64,000 bases of DNA from Candidatus Caenarcanales bacterium (GTDB lineage Bacteria > Cyanobacteriota > Vampirovibrionia > LMEP-6097): positions 368-64,367 of the forward strand of contig JAKVAO010000003.1 in NCBI GenBank assembly GCA_022447685.1, read 5' to 3'. Below, one piece after another: positions 18,586 to 28,048 of this stretch. Under the pieces are notes generated by a model. The model was not told where the DNA came from. It saw only the letters and a list, made by a program, of their open reading frames with translations, and did not search any database. Made by a program: the position numbers and the translations under genes. Positions within the stretch are counted from its first letter, which is position 1; each line of letters begins with the position of its first letter.

Positions 18586-19305
18586 TTGATTATTTCCAAG
18601 AACTTATGTAAATCCTTCTATGAAGCTGAAAATAAAGAGCATGTTATCTTCAGAGGGCTCGATGTTGAAATTGCGAAACATGAATTTGTGATTATATTTG
18701 GAGCAAGTGGTTCTGGGAAATCTACTTTTTTAAATTTGGTTAGTGGTATTGATGATATCGATTCGGGTGATTTGATTATCTCTGATATTAATTTGACTAA
18801 GATTAGTGATGAGGAGAAGACTTTATTTAGAAGAAAGAATGTTGGTTTTATTTTTCAAAACTTTAATTTAATTCCGACTCTTACTGTTGAAGAAAATATA
18901 CTTTTACCTTTGGAGTTGAATGGTATGTATGAGAAGGAATACATTGATTTTGCTTTAGGGATGTTGAAAACTGTAGGGCTTATAAATAAGCGTAATAGTT
19001 TTCCTGAGAAATTATCAGGTGGAGAGCAGCAGAGAGTAGCTTTAGTAAGAGCACTTGCTCATAAACCTGCCATTGTTCTTGCTGATGAACCAACTGGAAA
19101 CCTAGATGCAGAAACTGCTGATGTGGTAATGAATCTCTTACAGACTCTTAGAGAAGAGTATTCACCTACCACTATAATTGTTAGTCACAATAGAGAGCTT
19201 GCAAAGTACGCTGATAAAGTCTTGTGTTTGAAGAATAAGAACTTTATTGTTGAAGAAAGTGGCGACACGAAAGAAGGACAAGATGCTTCCAATATCTCTC
19301 TTTAA
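18586..19305 (+). CDS. ABC transporter ATP-binding protein (LolD/MacB-partner type)
   Basis: Walker A GASGSGKST, signature LSGGEQQRVALVRAL, Walker B VLADEPTGNLD. Appears to use a TTG start (MIISKNLCKSF) with no in-frame ATG upstream. Confidence 0.85.
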   Translation: MIISKNLCKSFYEAENKEHVIFRGLDVEIAKHEFVIIFGASGSGKSTFLNLVSGIDDIDSGDLIISDINLTKISDEEKTLFRRKNVGFIFQNFNLIPTLTVEENILLPLELNGMYEKEYIDFALGMLKTVGLINKRNSFPEKLSGGEQQRVALVRALAHKPAIVLADEPTGNLDAETADVVMNLLQTLREEYSPTTIIVSHNRELAKYADKVLCLKNKNFIVEESGDTKEGQDASNISL

Positions 19306-21877
19306 GTCTAGTACTAATTTTATAAGTAAAAATATTTGGCAGTTTGTTTCTGTAATATTAGGAATAGTGCTTTCTGTAGCTATTATTACTGCAACTGATG
19401 TTGCAATACACTCGGCGAAGAAATCTTTCCAGCTTTCAACAGAGTTGATTAATGGTAAGGCTAGTCATCATTTGATTAGTAATTCTCATAAAATTCCAGA
19501 AAGTGTTTTGAAAGAACTATACGCAGATGAGCAGATTACTGTAACTCCTATTATTGAAGATTACTTATCTAAAGATGGTGAACTTCTTAAAATTATTGGC
19601 TTTGATCCTTTTTCCGATTATGAATTCAGGACTATTACTAGTGATCTGAATATCAAGAAATTTGATATTTCTCCATTTATTAATAACCTAGAAGCTTTTC
19701 TCTGCTCTAAATATACCGCGCAGAAACTCAAGATACAATCTGGAGATATATTAGAGATTCCTACTAGTAGAGGTCTATATCCACTCAAGCTATATGGCTT
19801 AATTAATAATAAGGATGAAGAACTTTATTCAAGTTTGGATAATTTCTTGTTTATGGATATATCCACTGCTCAAGAGCTTTTGCAGATGGATTCCTATATT
19901 AGCCGGATAGACTTAATAGTTCCAGACCAATATATAACTAAGTTACAAGAGAATCTAGTAAAGCTAGATAAAAGCTTAATACTTATCAGTTCTTCTGACA
20001 GAAATGAATCTAAAGAGTCTATGACTAAGTCTTTTAATACCAATTTAAGTGCTCTTAGTTTACTAGCGACTCTTGTTGGTGTTTTTCTGATTTACAATAC
20101 TATGAGCTTTTCTATACTACAGCGAAGAAAGATTTTAGCGATATTTAGATCTGTGGGAGTGAAGAAACATGAAATTTTCACTTTGGTGCTTACTGAATCT
20201 GTGATTCTAGCTGTTTTGGGAACCGCTCTTGGGCTTGTTTTAGGACTGAGTACAGCCAAAATTATTCTTGATTTAATTACTAGAACTATTAATGACTTAT
20301 ATTTTGTAATTCAAGTAAATCAAATCAATTTAAACTACTATGAGTTATTGAAACCTGCATTTATTGGCGTTTTCATATCTATTTTATCTGCACTGCTTCC
20401 TGCATATGAAGCAAGTAATATTCCTGTTGCAAATGCAATTAAAGATATCGATATAGAGGAGAAAACTAAGAACTTTATTCCTCAACTCAACTTAGTAGCC
20501 TTAGTTTGTATCTTACTTGCGTTTGTAATATTTGCTTTGTTTGAGAAGAGTATTGCTCTTTGCTTCTTTGGACTTTTTATTATGGTCTTTGGCTGTGCGC
20601 TTTTTATCCCATGCCTAGTATTTAATTCAGATATTTTCCTTAAGCTTATTTTCAAGAAATTTTTTGGGATTTCATCGATGATTTCAATCAGAAGTCTTCA
20701 GAAGAATCTTAGCCGCAATGCTATTGCTATTGCTGCTTTGAGTGTTTCCTTATCATTATATTTATCCTTGGATATAGCCATAAGTAGTTTTAGATCTACT
20801 GTTGAAGATTGGCTTAACTATTCTTTATTTGCTGATGTTTACATTTCAGCTCCTAAACTTGTTGCCAATAAAAACAATCAGAGCCTAGATAAATCTATAG
20901 TAACTTTCAGTAAAGGACTTAAAGATATTGGACAAAGTGCTATCAGTGAGTACCATTTAAGAGATATTAGAACTAGTTCGACTGAGGAAACAGTTAGGCT
21001 TGCTAGTATAAATTCACTTACGAAAGTGAAAGAGTCTTTCCGTTTCAAAAGTTTTCCAGAGGGTATTTCTAAAGATGATTTTATAAAATCAGTTTGGACT
21101 AAATTTGACTCTAAGCAAGGATTACTAGCTTCTGCGCCTTATGCTTATAAACATAAAATTAAAGTTGGAGATAAGGTTGAACTCTATACAAGTTCGGGTA
21201 TAGAATCATTTGAAATACTTGCGATTTTCAATGATTATAGTTCAGATCAAGGGCTATTAATCATGCACCAGGATTGGTACCGTGACTTATGGCAGGACTA
21301 TGAAGTTAGCTCTATTGGTATTTTCCTAAACGATGATAATAAAGCTAAATTTAAAGATCAAGATTTTATAAGTAACTTCAAATCCATAGCGCTTGAGAAG
21401 AGTATAGCTGCAGACAAATTTGAAATTCGCTCTAATCAGCAACTGAAAGATGAATCTATGGTGATTTTTGATAGGACTTTTAGAATTACTTCAGTACTCA
21501 AAATCATTGCTATAATTGTTGCTGCATTTGGTATTTTCAATGCTTTGCAAGCTCTTCTCATAGAAAGAAAAAAAGAATTTGCTTTGTTGAAAGCTATGGG
21601 TTTAAGTAATTTTGGAATATTCCAATCCAATAGTCTTCAAGCTATTAGTATGGGACTATTGTCATGGCTCTACTCTATACCTATAGGTATACTTTCTGCA
21701 TGGGTAATGATTGATGTTATTAACCATAGATCTTTTGGTTGGGATATACACTTCGGTCTCAACATAAATAATTTTCTTTTTGCATTATTGGTATCACTAG
21801 GCTGTGCTTTCCTTGCCTCGCTTTATCCTAGTTATCAACTCAAAAAAATATCAGCTGGAATTTTACTAAAGGACTAA
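19283..21877 (+). CDS. ABC transporter permease with two FtsX-like domains (YbbP/MacB-like large permease)
   Basis: About 865 aa with two blocks of 4 TM helices, each preceded by a large extracytoplasmic loop. Start set to ATG 19283 with RBS GAAGGA 6 nt upstream. Overlaps the ATPase gene by 23 nt. Confidence 0.8.
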   Translation: MLPISLFKSSTNFISKNIWQFVSVILGIVLSVAIITATDVAIHSAKKSFQLSTELINGKASHHLISNSHKIPESVLKELYADEQITVTPIIEDYLSKDGELLKIIGFDPFSDYEFRTITSDLNIKKFDISPFINNLEAFLCSKYTAQKLKIQSGDILEIPTSRGLYPLKLYGLINNKDEELYSSLDNFLFMDISTAQELLQMDSYISRIDLIVPDQYITKLQENLVKLDKSLILISSSDRNESKESMTKSFNTNLSALSLLATLVGVFLIYNTMSFSILQRRKILAIFRSVGVKKHEIFTLVLTESVILAVLGTALGLVLGLSTAKIILDLITRTINDLYFVIQVNQINLNYYELLKPAFIGVFISILSALLPAYEASNIPVANAIKDIDIEEKTKNFIPQLNLVALVCILLAFVIFALFEKSIALCFFGLFIMVFGCALFIPCLVFNSDIFLKLIFKKFFGISSMISIRSLQKNLSRNAIAIAALSVSLSLYLSLDIAISSFRSTVEDWLNYSLFADVYISAPKLVANKNNQSLDKSIVTFSKGLKDIGQSAISEYHLRDIRTSSTEETVRLASINSLTKVKESFRFKSFPEGISKDDFIKSVWTKFDSKQGLLASAPYAYKHKIKVGDKVELYTSSGIESFEILAIFNDYSSDQGLLIMHQDWYRDLWQDYEVSSIGIFLNDDNKAKFKDQDFISNFKSIALEKSIAADKFEIRSNQQLKDESMVIFDRTFRITSVLKIIAIIVAAFGIFNALQALLIERKKEFALLKAMGLSNFGIFQSNSLQAISMGLLSWLYSIPIGILSAWVMIDVINHRSFGWDIHFGLNINNFLFALLVSLGCAFLASLYPSYQLKKISAGILLKD

Positions 21878-21878
21878 T

Positions 21879-23057
21879 ATGATTAAGAACAAAAATAATC
21901 TAATACTTTTACTGCTTTTAGTTCTTTTCGCTATTGGAGCTTTCTTTTTCTTAGCTAATAAAAAATCATCTAATGATAGAGCTTTCAACTTGAAGAAGCC
22001 AAGTAAATTGATGAAGGCGGATAAAGAAAAAGACAAAAAATTCGAGAAAGCTATAGATCCTAGAGAATTTACTTTCCCTCATGATCATGGTCCCCATAAG
22101 GCTTTTAAAACTGAGTGGTGGTATTACACTGGTAATTTGGAGGATGAAGACTCGAATGAATTTGGTTATCAGATTACGATATTTCGTAATGGTTTGGAGC
22201 CAGAGAAGGATAGCCCTAAGCCTAAGAATAATAAGTGGCAGAGTAAACAAGTTTATATGGCTCATTTCGCTATTTCTGATATTCATAATAAAAAGTTTTA
22301 TTCATTTGAGAAATATTCTCGTGACTCAGTTGCTCTTGCTGGAGCTAAGGCTGAACCTCATCAAGTTTGGCTTAAGAATTGGTCTATTAAATCTTTTGAT
22401 AATAAAGAGGGAGAGACTTTCCCTGTTCTGATTACAGCTAAGGAAAAAGATATTGAGCTACAACTTGAGTTAGACCCTGTTAAGCCAATTACGCTTCAAG
22501 GACTAAATGGTTTAAGCCAAAAAACACAAGGCTTGGGTAATGCTTCTTACTATTATTCAATTTCCAAACTTGCAAGTGTTGGGAACATAAAAATAAAAGA
22601 CAAAACCTACAAAGTTAAGGGCTATAGCTGGCTTGATCGAGAATGGAGTACTAGTTCTCTTGGTGATAATCTTGTTGGTTGGGATTGGTTTGCTTTGCAA
22701 CTGTCGAATGATATCGAGATTATGTACTATAGGCTGAGAGATGGTGAAGGTGGCAGTGATCCACATAGTTCTGGGGTGATCATAGATTCTGAAGGGCAAA
22801 GCCATTCATTCTCATATAAAGATATAAAACTCAAAGAAAAAGGTTATTTCCACAGCTCATACAGCGATGCCAAATATCCAATTAATTGGTCTATGGAAAT
22901 ACCTAAAATAGATCTGAATATTAATATAAAGAGTAATTTAAAAGATCAAGAGCACAGAAATCAATACCCTTATTATGAAGGTTCAGTCAGCATCAACGGT
23001 AAGTTTGCCGATAAGAAGATTGCTGGTAAGGGTTATATGGAACTGGTGGGTTACTAA
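21879..23057 (+). CDS. AttH/CrtC-like lipocalin-domain protein (hydroxyneurosporene-synthase-like family), secreted or lipoprotein
   Basis: Signal peptide. FTFPHDHGPHKAFKTEWWYYTGNL...GYQITIFRNG matches the AttH/CrtC family N-terminal signature. This family is typically encoded after ABC ATPase plus FtsX permease genes. Confidence 0.6.
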   Translation: MIKNKNNLILLLLLVLFAIGAFFFLANKKSSNDRAFNLKKPSKLMKADKEKDKKFEKAIDPREFTFPHDHGPHKAFKTEWWYYTGNLEDEDSNEFGYQITIFRNGLEPEKDSPKPKNNKWQSKQVYMAHFAISDIHNKKFYSFEKYSRDSVALAGAKAEPHQVWLKNWSIKSFDNKEGETFPVLITAKEKDIELQLELDPVKPITLQGLNGLSQKTQGLGNASYYYSISKLASVGNIKIKDKTYKVKGYSWLDREWSTSSLGDNLVGWDWFALQLSNDIEIMYYRLRDGEGGSDPHSSGVIIDSEGQSHSFSYKDIKLKEKGYFHSSYSDAKYPINWSMEIPKIDLNINIKSNLKDQEHRNQYPYYEGSVSINGKFADKKIAGKGYMELVGY

Positions 23058-23105
23058 AGTTTTAAATTATTACTGTATATTTGAGTTTTTTTATATAATA
23101 TAGGC

Positions 23106-23513
23106 ATGGGTATGAGACTTGGAACCGATCTTTGTGATCCTAGCAGAATAGAAAAAGTTTTAAGACGCTATGGCAAAAAATTTGTGACAAGGATTCTTAC
23201 AGCAGAAGAGCAAGAACTTCTTGAATTTGGATTTAACCAACGGAGTTTTAAGCCATCTTTGAGTCATAGAATAGCTGCTAGATATGCAGCCAAAGAAGCT
23301 GTTGCTAAAGCGCTAGGGACAGGAATTGGTAAAGAAGTTGCTTTTCACGATATTTTAATTCTCAAAAAAGAAAATTGTGGCGCTCCATATATTAAACTCA
23401 CTGGTAATGCTGTAAATGTGGCTGAGAAATTGAATATCAATAAATGGGAAATTTCGATAAGCCACGAAAAAGCGATGAGTGTTGCAATAGTAATAGCTTA
23501 CAATGAAGATTAA
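23106..23513 (+). CDS. acpS: holo-[acyl-carrier-protein] synthase (4'-phosphopantetheinyl transferase)
   Basis: GTDL..., ARYAAKEAVAKALGTGIG and EISISHEK..AIVIA match the AcpS pattern. About 130 aa. Confidence 0.8.
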   Translation: MGMRLGTDLCDPSRIEKVLRRYGKKFVTRILTAEEQELLEFGFNQRSFKPSLSHRIAARYAAKEAVAKALGTGIGKEVAFHDILILKKENCGAPYIKLTGNAVNVAEKLNINKWEISISHEKAMSVAIVIAYNED

Positions 23514-24549
23514 GAAAATCCTGATTATACGCCTCAGTGCTCTTGGCGATATAGCTCACAGCTTTCCTGCATTAAAGTATTTAAACTCTGAGCTTGAGAA
23601 GAATTTAGGGTGTCAGATTGATTTTCTGGTTTATAAAAATTTTCAGGATTTGCTTTTTCACCTAAATTTCATCAACAAAGTTCATATCCTTGAAGATAAA
23701 AAGATCTCAACTATATTTAAAAAAATATTTCAATTAAAGAAAGAGAACTATGACTATATCATTGATTTCCAGGGCTTAATCAAGACTTCATTAATTAGTT
23801 TTCTCAGCAAAGGTAAGAATATTGGCTTTGCTAAACCCCGAGAATGGCTTGCTGGATTACTTTATAGATTTAAACTCAAAAACTATTCGATTATGCAGCC
23901 AGGTAAGCATGTTGTTGAACATAATTTGAGGTTAGCTAACTTTGCACTATCTACCATTGTGAATAGAGAAACTGGTGAAGCTGTTAAATCTAAGGATTTT
24001 ACTCATAAGTTAAGAGCAAGGCTATATAAAATCCAAAATCCCAAGAAAATCATTCTGATTCCTTGTACTACCTGGGAGTCTAAGTTCTGGACTATAGAGA
24101 ACTGGGTTGATTTGGTAGAAAGATTATCTAGTAAATTTCCAAGTGCGAAAATATATTTTACTGGTGTCTTGAAAGAGAAATCATATCTAGAGGAAATTCG
24201 CTATAAGTTATTACCGCAAAGCTATCAGCGCACCCAATTGGTACTTGATAAAAACTTAATTGGCTTAAGGCAGTTTTTTATGGATGCTGATTTGGTTATT
24301 GGTGTAGATACTGGTCCACTGCATTTAGCGGCTGATACTTTGTATAATTCACATACAGCTCACCTAGTAGGTATATACGGACCAACCTCTGCTTCTCGAT
24401 CTGGTCCCTATAGTTTTCATGCAGCAAGCTATGACGAAATATTCCAAAGCAATGCTAGCCATAAAAGAACTTTGAAGGCAGATGATTATTCTATGTCCAA
24501 AATTTCAGTACAAGAAGTCTTTAATAAAATTAACTCTTTATCTTGCTAG
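23503..24549 (+). CDS. glycosyltransferase family 9 (ADP-heptose:LPS heptosyltransferase-like)
   Basis: N-terminal KILIIRLSALGDIAHSFPALKYL and the GVDTGPLHLAA motif are typical of RfaF/RfaC GT9 enzymes. Overlaps the acpS stop by 11 nt. Confidence 0.75.
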   Translation: MKIKKILIIRLSALGDIAHSFPALKYLNSELEKNLGCQIDFLVYKNFQDLLFHLNFINKVHILEDKKISTIFKKIFQLKKENYDYIIDFQGLIKTSLISFLSKGKNIGFAKPREWLAGLLYRFKLKNYSIMQPGKHVVEHNLRLANFALSTIVNRETGEAVKSKDFTHKLRARLYKIQNPKKIILIPCTTWESKFWTIENWVDLVERLSSKFPSAKIYFTGVLKEKSYLEEIRYKLLPQSYQRTQLVLDKNLIGLRQFFMDADLVIGVDTGPLHLAADTLYNSHTAHLVGIYGPTSASRSGPYSFHAASYDEIFQSNASHKRTLKADDYSMSKISVQEVFNKINSLSC

Positions 24550-24559
24550 AATTTAGGTG

Positions 24560-25657
24560 ATGGATTTTATTTTTGTAATCATTAGCATACTTGTTATTAC
24601 GCTTTTGATCGTTGTTCATGAATTTGGTCATTTCCTTGCAGCCAAGCTATACGGTTTCCAAACTCCTATCTTTGGTATCGGTATGCCTTTTGGTCCTTTT
24701 ATTAAGCTTTTCAAGAAATGGGATACAGAATTTAGGTTCTATTTTGCTTTGATAGGTGGCTTTGTTGCAATACCTGAAACCAGTGACGAAACTAGTACTG
24801 AGACTATCAAAGATATGGAACTTAAGCCTTTTAGGAAGTTTCCAGTCTACCAGAGAGCTGTTGTTGCCGTTGCTGGTGTTGCTTTTAATATTCTATTTGC
24901 GCTAATAATTGCTTTTTTTATGTCGACTAGTATAGGCTTGCCGAAGTTACTTGCTAGCAATAAGATCGCTGAATTTGTGAGCGATAGTTCTCCTGCTAAG
25001 CAGGCAGGTTTAGAGTTTGGTGATTACGTGATTTCAGTTAATGGACAAAAAATCGCTTCTGGTAAGGATTTACAGCAGACTATAGATCAGTACACCGATG
25101 AAGATATTGAACTGAAAGTTAAAAGAGGCGAAGAGATTCTCAGTTACGAGGTTCACTCTGAGGGTGCTATTGGTGTCAGGCTTGGTTACTCGAAAGAGTA
25201 TATTAAGTCAGCGACTAACATCTTGGAACATATTTATAATTCTGCTAAATACACTTTAGAAACCTTGTTGATGATGGTTCTATCGATTATAACTATATTT
25301 GCTTCTCTCTTTGCGAAAATAGGAAACTTACTTGGACTTTCATCTATTAGTCCAGCAGCGAGTCTTGGAGAAGTTAAGGGTATTGTTGGTATAGTTCAGT
25401 TAATCTCTGAGGATATTCGTAATAATTTGTGGATGATTCTAGAATTTGCTTTTCTACTGAATTTGAATTTAGCAGTAATTAATTTATTACCAATTCCAGC
25501 ATTAGATGGTGGTTATTTACTATTCTTAGCTTATGAAGCCTTATTCAAAAAGAAACCTTCTATTGCTCTTCAAGAAGGACTTGTGCAGGTTGGATTTATA
25601 TTTTTACTTAGTATAATGGCTTTGACTACTATTAATGACATTAGAAACTTTTTTTAG
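24560..25657 (+). CDS. rseP: RIP site-2 metalloprotease RseP (M50 family) with PDZ domain
   Basis: HEFGHFLAAKLYG (HExxH) in the first TM segment, a central PDZ-like region and the C-terminal LLNLNLAVINLLPIPALDGG motif. Confidence 0.85.
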   Translation: MDFIFVIISILVITLLIVVHEFGHFLAAKLYGFQTPIFGIGMPFGPFIKLFKKWDTEFRFYFALIGGFVAIPETSDETSTETIKDMELKPFRKFPVYQRAVVAVAGVAFNILFALIIAFFMSTSIGLPKLLASNKIAEFVSDSSPAKQAGLEFGDYVISVNGQKIASGKDLQQTIDQYTDEDIELKVKRGEEILSYEVHSEGAIGVRLGYSKEYIKSATNILEHIYNSAKYTLETLLMMVLSIITIFASLFAKIGNLLGLSSISPAASLGEVKGIVGIVQLISEDIRNNLWMILEFAFLLNLNLAVINLLPIPALDGGYLLFLAYEALFKKKPSIALQEGLVQVGFIFLLSIMALTTINDIRNFF

Positions 25658-25672
25658 AAGTTCTATAACGTT

Positions 25673-26545
25673 TTAAACATCTACATCAAAGTCTTTCATC
25701 ATAACTCTTAGTTTTTGAAGAGATTTTTGGTGTAGTTGACTTGCTCTCGATTCAGATATATCAAGTATTGTTCCAATCTCTTTAAAGGTTAATTTTTCGT
25801 AGTGATATAGAGAGATTATTAATCTTTCTCTTTCTTTTAAGCTGTCAATTGCTTGTGCAAGCTTGTCTCTGACAAGATTTCCTTCAGCTAAGCTTTCTGT
25901 TGCTTCTGTCTGTGAAGGCATTTTATCTACTAATGCAACAGTTCCTTCATCAGATGAATTACCATTTTCTTGTGCGTCTAGTGAGAATATTACTGCACTA
26001 GATTCTTGTTTTAAAACTCTTAATTCAGCGTCATCTATAGCTAAGTGTTTTTTAATTTCATCATCACTTGCTGTGTGTCCTAGTTTTTTCTCTAGTTCAG
26101 CGAGTCTGGTGTTATATCTTTTTACTCTTTCTCTACTATTTCTTGATAAGAAATCTCTTGATCTAAGGAAGTCTAGTATTGCTCCCCGAATTCTACTAGT
26201 AGCAAAAGTTTCAAATGAACAATCTTTAGTATTATCGAATCTATCGATTGCTTCAATAAGGCCAATGGTTCCATAGCCGACTAAATCTTCTTTATCAAAA
26301 TCAGCGGTTTCAATATGTGGAAATCTTCCTGCAACCCAGTTTACGAGATGAGCGTATCTAATGATAAGTTGCTCACGCATTTCCGCCCTTCGATTTGCCT
26401 TATTATTGTATCTAGCCCACAATCTATTATTCTCCGCTTTTCTTTCAACACTTTTCAATCCCAACTGTAATGAACTTGAAAGTAAGACATGCTTCTTCTT
26501 TTCTGTATTCCCCTTGGAATCAAACTGTGTTGAACTACCTGACAT
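25673..26545 (-). CDS. fliA: RNA polymerase sigma factor, FliA/WhiG (sigma-28) family
   Basis: Region 2 (LVGYGTIGLIEAIDRFD...FETFATSRIRGAILDFLR) and region 4 HTH (ERLIISLYHYEKLTFKEIGTILDISESRASQLHQKSLQKLR) are as in sigma-28 proteins. Confidence 0.8.
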   Translation of the reverse strand: MSGSSTQFDSKGNTEKKKHVLLSSSLQLGLKSVERKAENNRLWARYNNKANRRAEMREQLIIRYAHLVNWVAGRFPHIETADFDKEDLVGYGTIGLIEAIDRFDNTKDCSFETFATSRIRGAILDFLRSRDFLSRNSRERVKRYNTRLAELEKKLGHTASDDEIKKHLAIDDAELRVLKQESSAVIFSLDAQENGNSSDEGTVALVDKMPSQTEATESLAEGNLVRDKLAQAIDSLKERERLIISLYHYEKLTFKEIGTILDISESRASQLHQKSLQKLRVMMKDFDVDV

Positions 26546-26580
26546 ATACTGATTCCTTTACCTTCATTCCGATATTTGCC

Positions 26581-26964
26581 TTAGATGTGGTGCTTTTTCT
26601 TTAGTTTTTCAGCTGGAGTCTTATCAAAGCTCTGAAGTTTTCTGTACCTCATCGCTAATTCTTCCTCGCGTCTCTGTAATCTCAGCTCTCTTTTCTTACC
26701 GAAGCTCTTAATATGAGCTTTCTGAATGTGAACAACCATTAATCTCAATGCTACAAAACATATCAATGAGACAATGACAGCAACGAAAAGAGTATCAGCT
26801 ATTACAGAACCAATATCAGCATTTTCATCAGACATAAGTCTTAAAACAAGAAGAATAGAAGTACACAGCATAAAAACAACACCCGATAGAACTGGGACTA
26901 ATCTAGTGTATTTCTCCAGTTGTACTTTAAGCGACGATTTTATTGCATCTCTACTTTCTACCAT
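26581..26964 (-). CDS. small membrane protein, unknown function
   Basis: 127 aa, two hydrophobic helices then a basic coiled tail. Lies directly upstream of fliA on the same strand. Confidence 0.4.
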   Translation of the reverse strand: MVESRDAIKSSLKVQLEKYTRLVPVLSGVVFMLCTSILLVLRLMSDENADIGSVIADTLFVAVIVSLICFVALRLMVVHIQKAHIKSFGKKRELRLQRREEELAMRYRKLQSFDKTPAEKLKKKHHI

Positions 26965-27319
26965 CTTACTGCCCGTTTTTTTGGCAAAGCTCCAAGACTT
27001 AATAAAGATATTCCATGTTTTAGCCTTTTTCTAGCTTCAGCTAAGAACATGAAAAATGATTCAAATATCAAGAAAAGGGGCCATACTTATAAAGATAATT
27101 GGTATATTTGGTTAATAATCAGTTAAATTTTTGGAAAAACTTCTTGCTATGACTAAATATTTAATCTTTTGTATGAGAAGCCTAATTATATTTAGGCTTC
27201 TCACTAAATGCTCAATGGCAAGGCTTTCAATTTTTGAAAAGGCTGAGTTGACTGCTTGTCAATGATGACTTTGAAAAATTTGAGTAACGCAGCAAGTGGG
27301 TATTTAGTGACAAGCCTAT

Positions 27320-28048
27320 TTAATGATAAAGGATAGGTGTAAGGAAACCATTCAATACAACAACGCCAATTATAACCATAGTTGAGGCTCTACTGGTTGC
27401 AAGACCGACGTCTTTCGAAGATTTTCCACAAGATAAGGCCGTACTTACAACAACTATGACCATGAAAACATTGAATATAATCGTTTTTACCAGTGGATAC
27501 AAGTATTCTTTCATGGTTGCATAGCGCCACGCTGAATCCAAAAATTCAACATACTCAAGCTTTATCGAGATATTTGCCATGAGCATACCTGCTATAGTGC
27601 TACAGAATGCAGATATTGCAAGTATGAATGGAGTTATAAGAATAATTGCAAGTAATCTTGGTGTTAATAAATAGTAAAGTGGATCTACTTTCATAATCTG
27701 TAACGCATTTATCTGATCACTAATCTTCATTGAGGCGATTTCGGCTGTGTAGGCTGTGCCACATCTTGCCATGATGGCAAAAGCAATAAATATTGGAGTT
27801 ATTTCCTGCAAGTTACTTAAAGTGATAGCAGCACCAATTAATTCACGTCCCCCATATTTCTCAAGTTCTGTTGCTGTATTTACAGTAATGATTAAACTAC
27901 TTACAGATGTTAAGACGAGTATCATCGGTAAAGATTCAAAAGCAATAAAAACTATATGTCTAACAAGTTCACCTTTATCAATTTTTCCTTGAAAGATTTT
28001 TTTCAAAGAAAAATATAAGTTATAAAGGCATAAACCAACAAAGTTCAT
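27320..28048 (-). CDS. mlaE: MlaE-family ABC transporter permease
   Basis: RELIGAAITLSNLQEITPIFIAFAIMARCGTAYTAEIASMKISDQINALQIMKVDPLYYLLTPRL is close to the MlaE/Ttg2B consensus. Its ATG overlaps the alaS stop by 1 nt. Confidence 0.8.
   Translation of the reverse strand: MNFVGLCLYNLYFSLKKIFQGKIDKGELVRHIVFIAFESLPMILVLTSVSSLIITVNTATELEKYGGRELIGAAITLSNLQEITPIFIAFAIMARCGTAYTAEIASMKISDQINALQIMKVDPLYYLLTPRLLAIILITPFILAISAFCSTIAGMLMANISIKLEYVEFLDSAWRYATMKEYLYPLVKTIIFNVFMVIVVVSTALSCGKSSKDVGLATSRASTMVIIGVVVLNGFLTPILYH

Noticed and set aside
19247-19282. ORF-track start of the FtsX permease at 19247
   Set aside because: The internal ATG at 19283 has a GAAGGA RBS and begins directly with the first TM helix. 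The longer model overlaps the ATPase by 59 nt.
21966-22805. ORFs of 106, 116 and 82 aa overlapping the AttH-like gene
   Set aside because: Alternative or antisense frames of a gene with a recognisable family signature. All are hydrophobic and low-complexity.
25863-27126. Plus-strand ORFs antisense to fliA and the small membrane protein gene
   Set aside because: Antisense with no RBS. The fliA assignment is secure.
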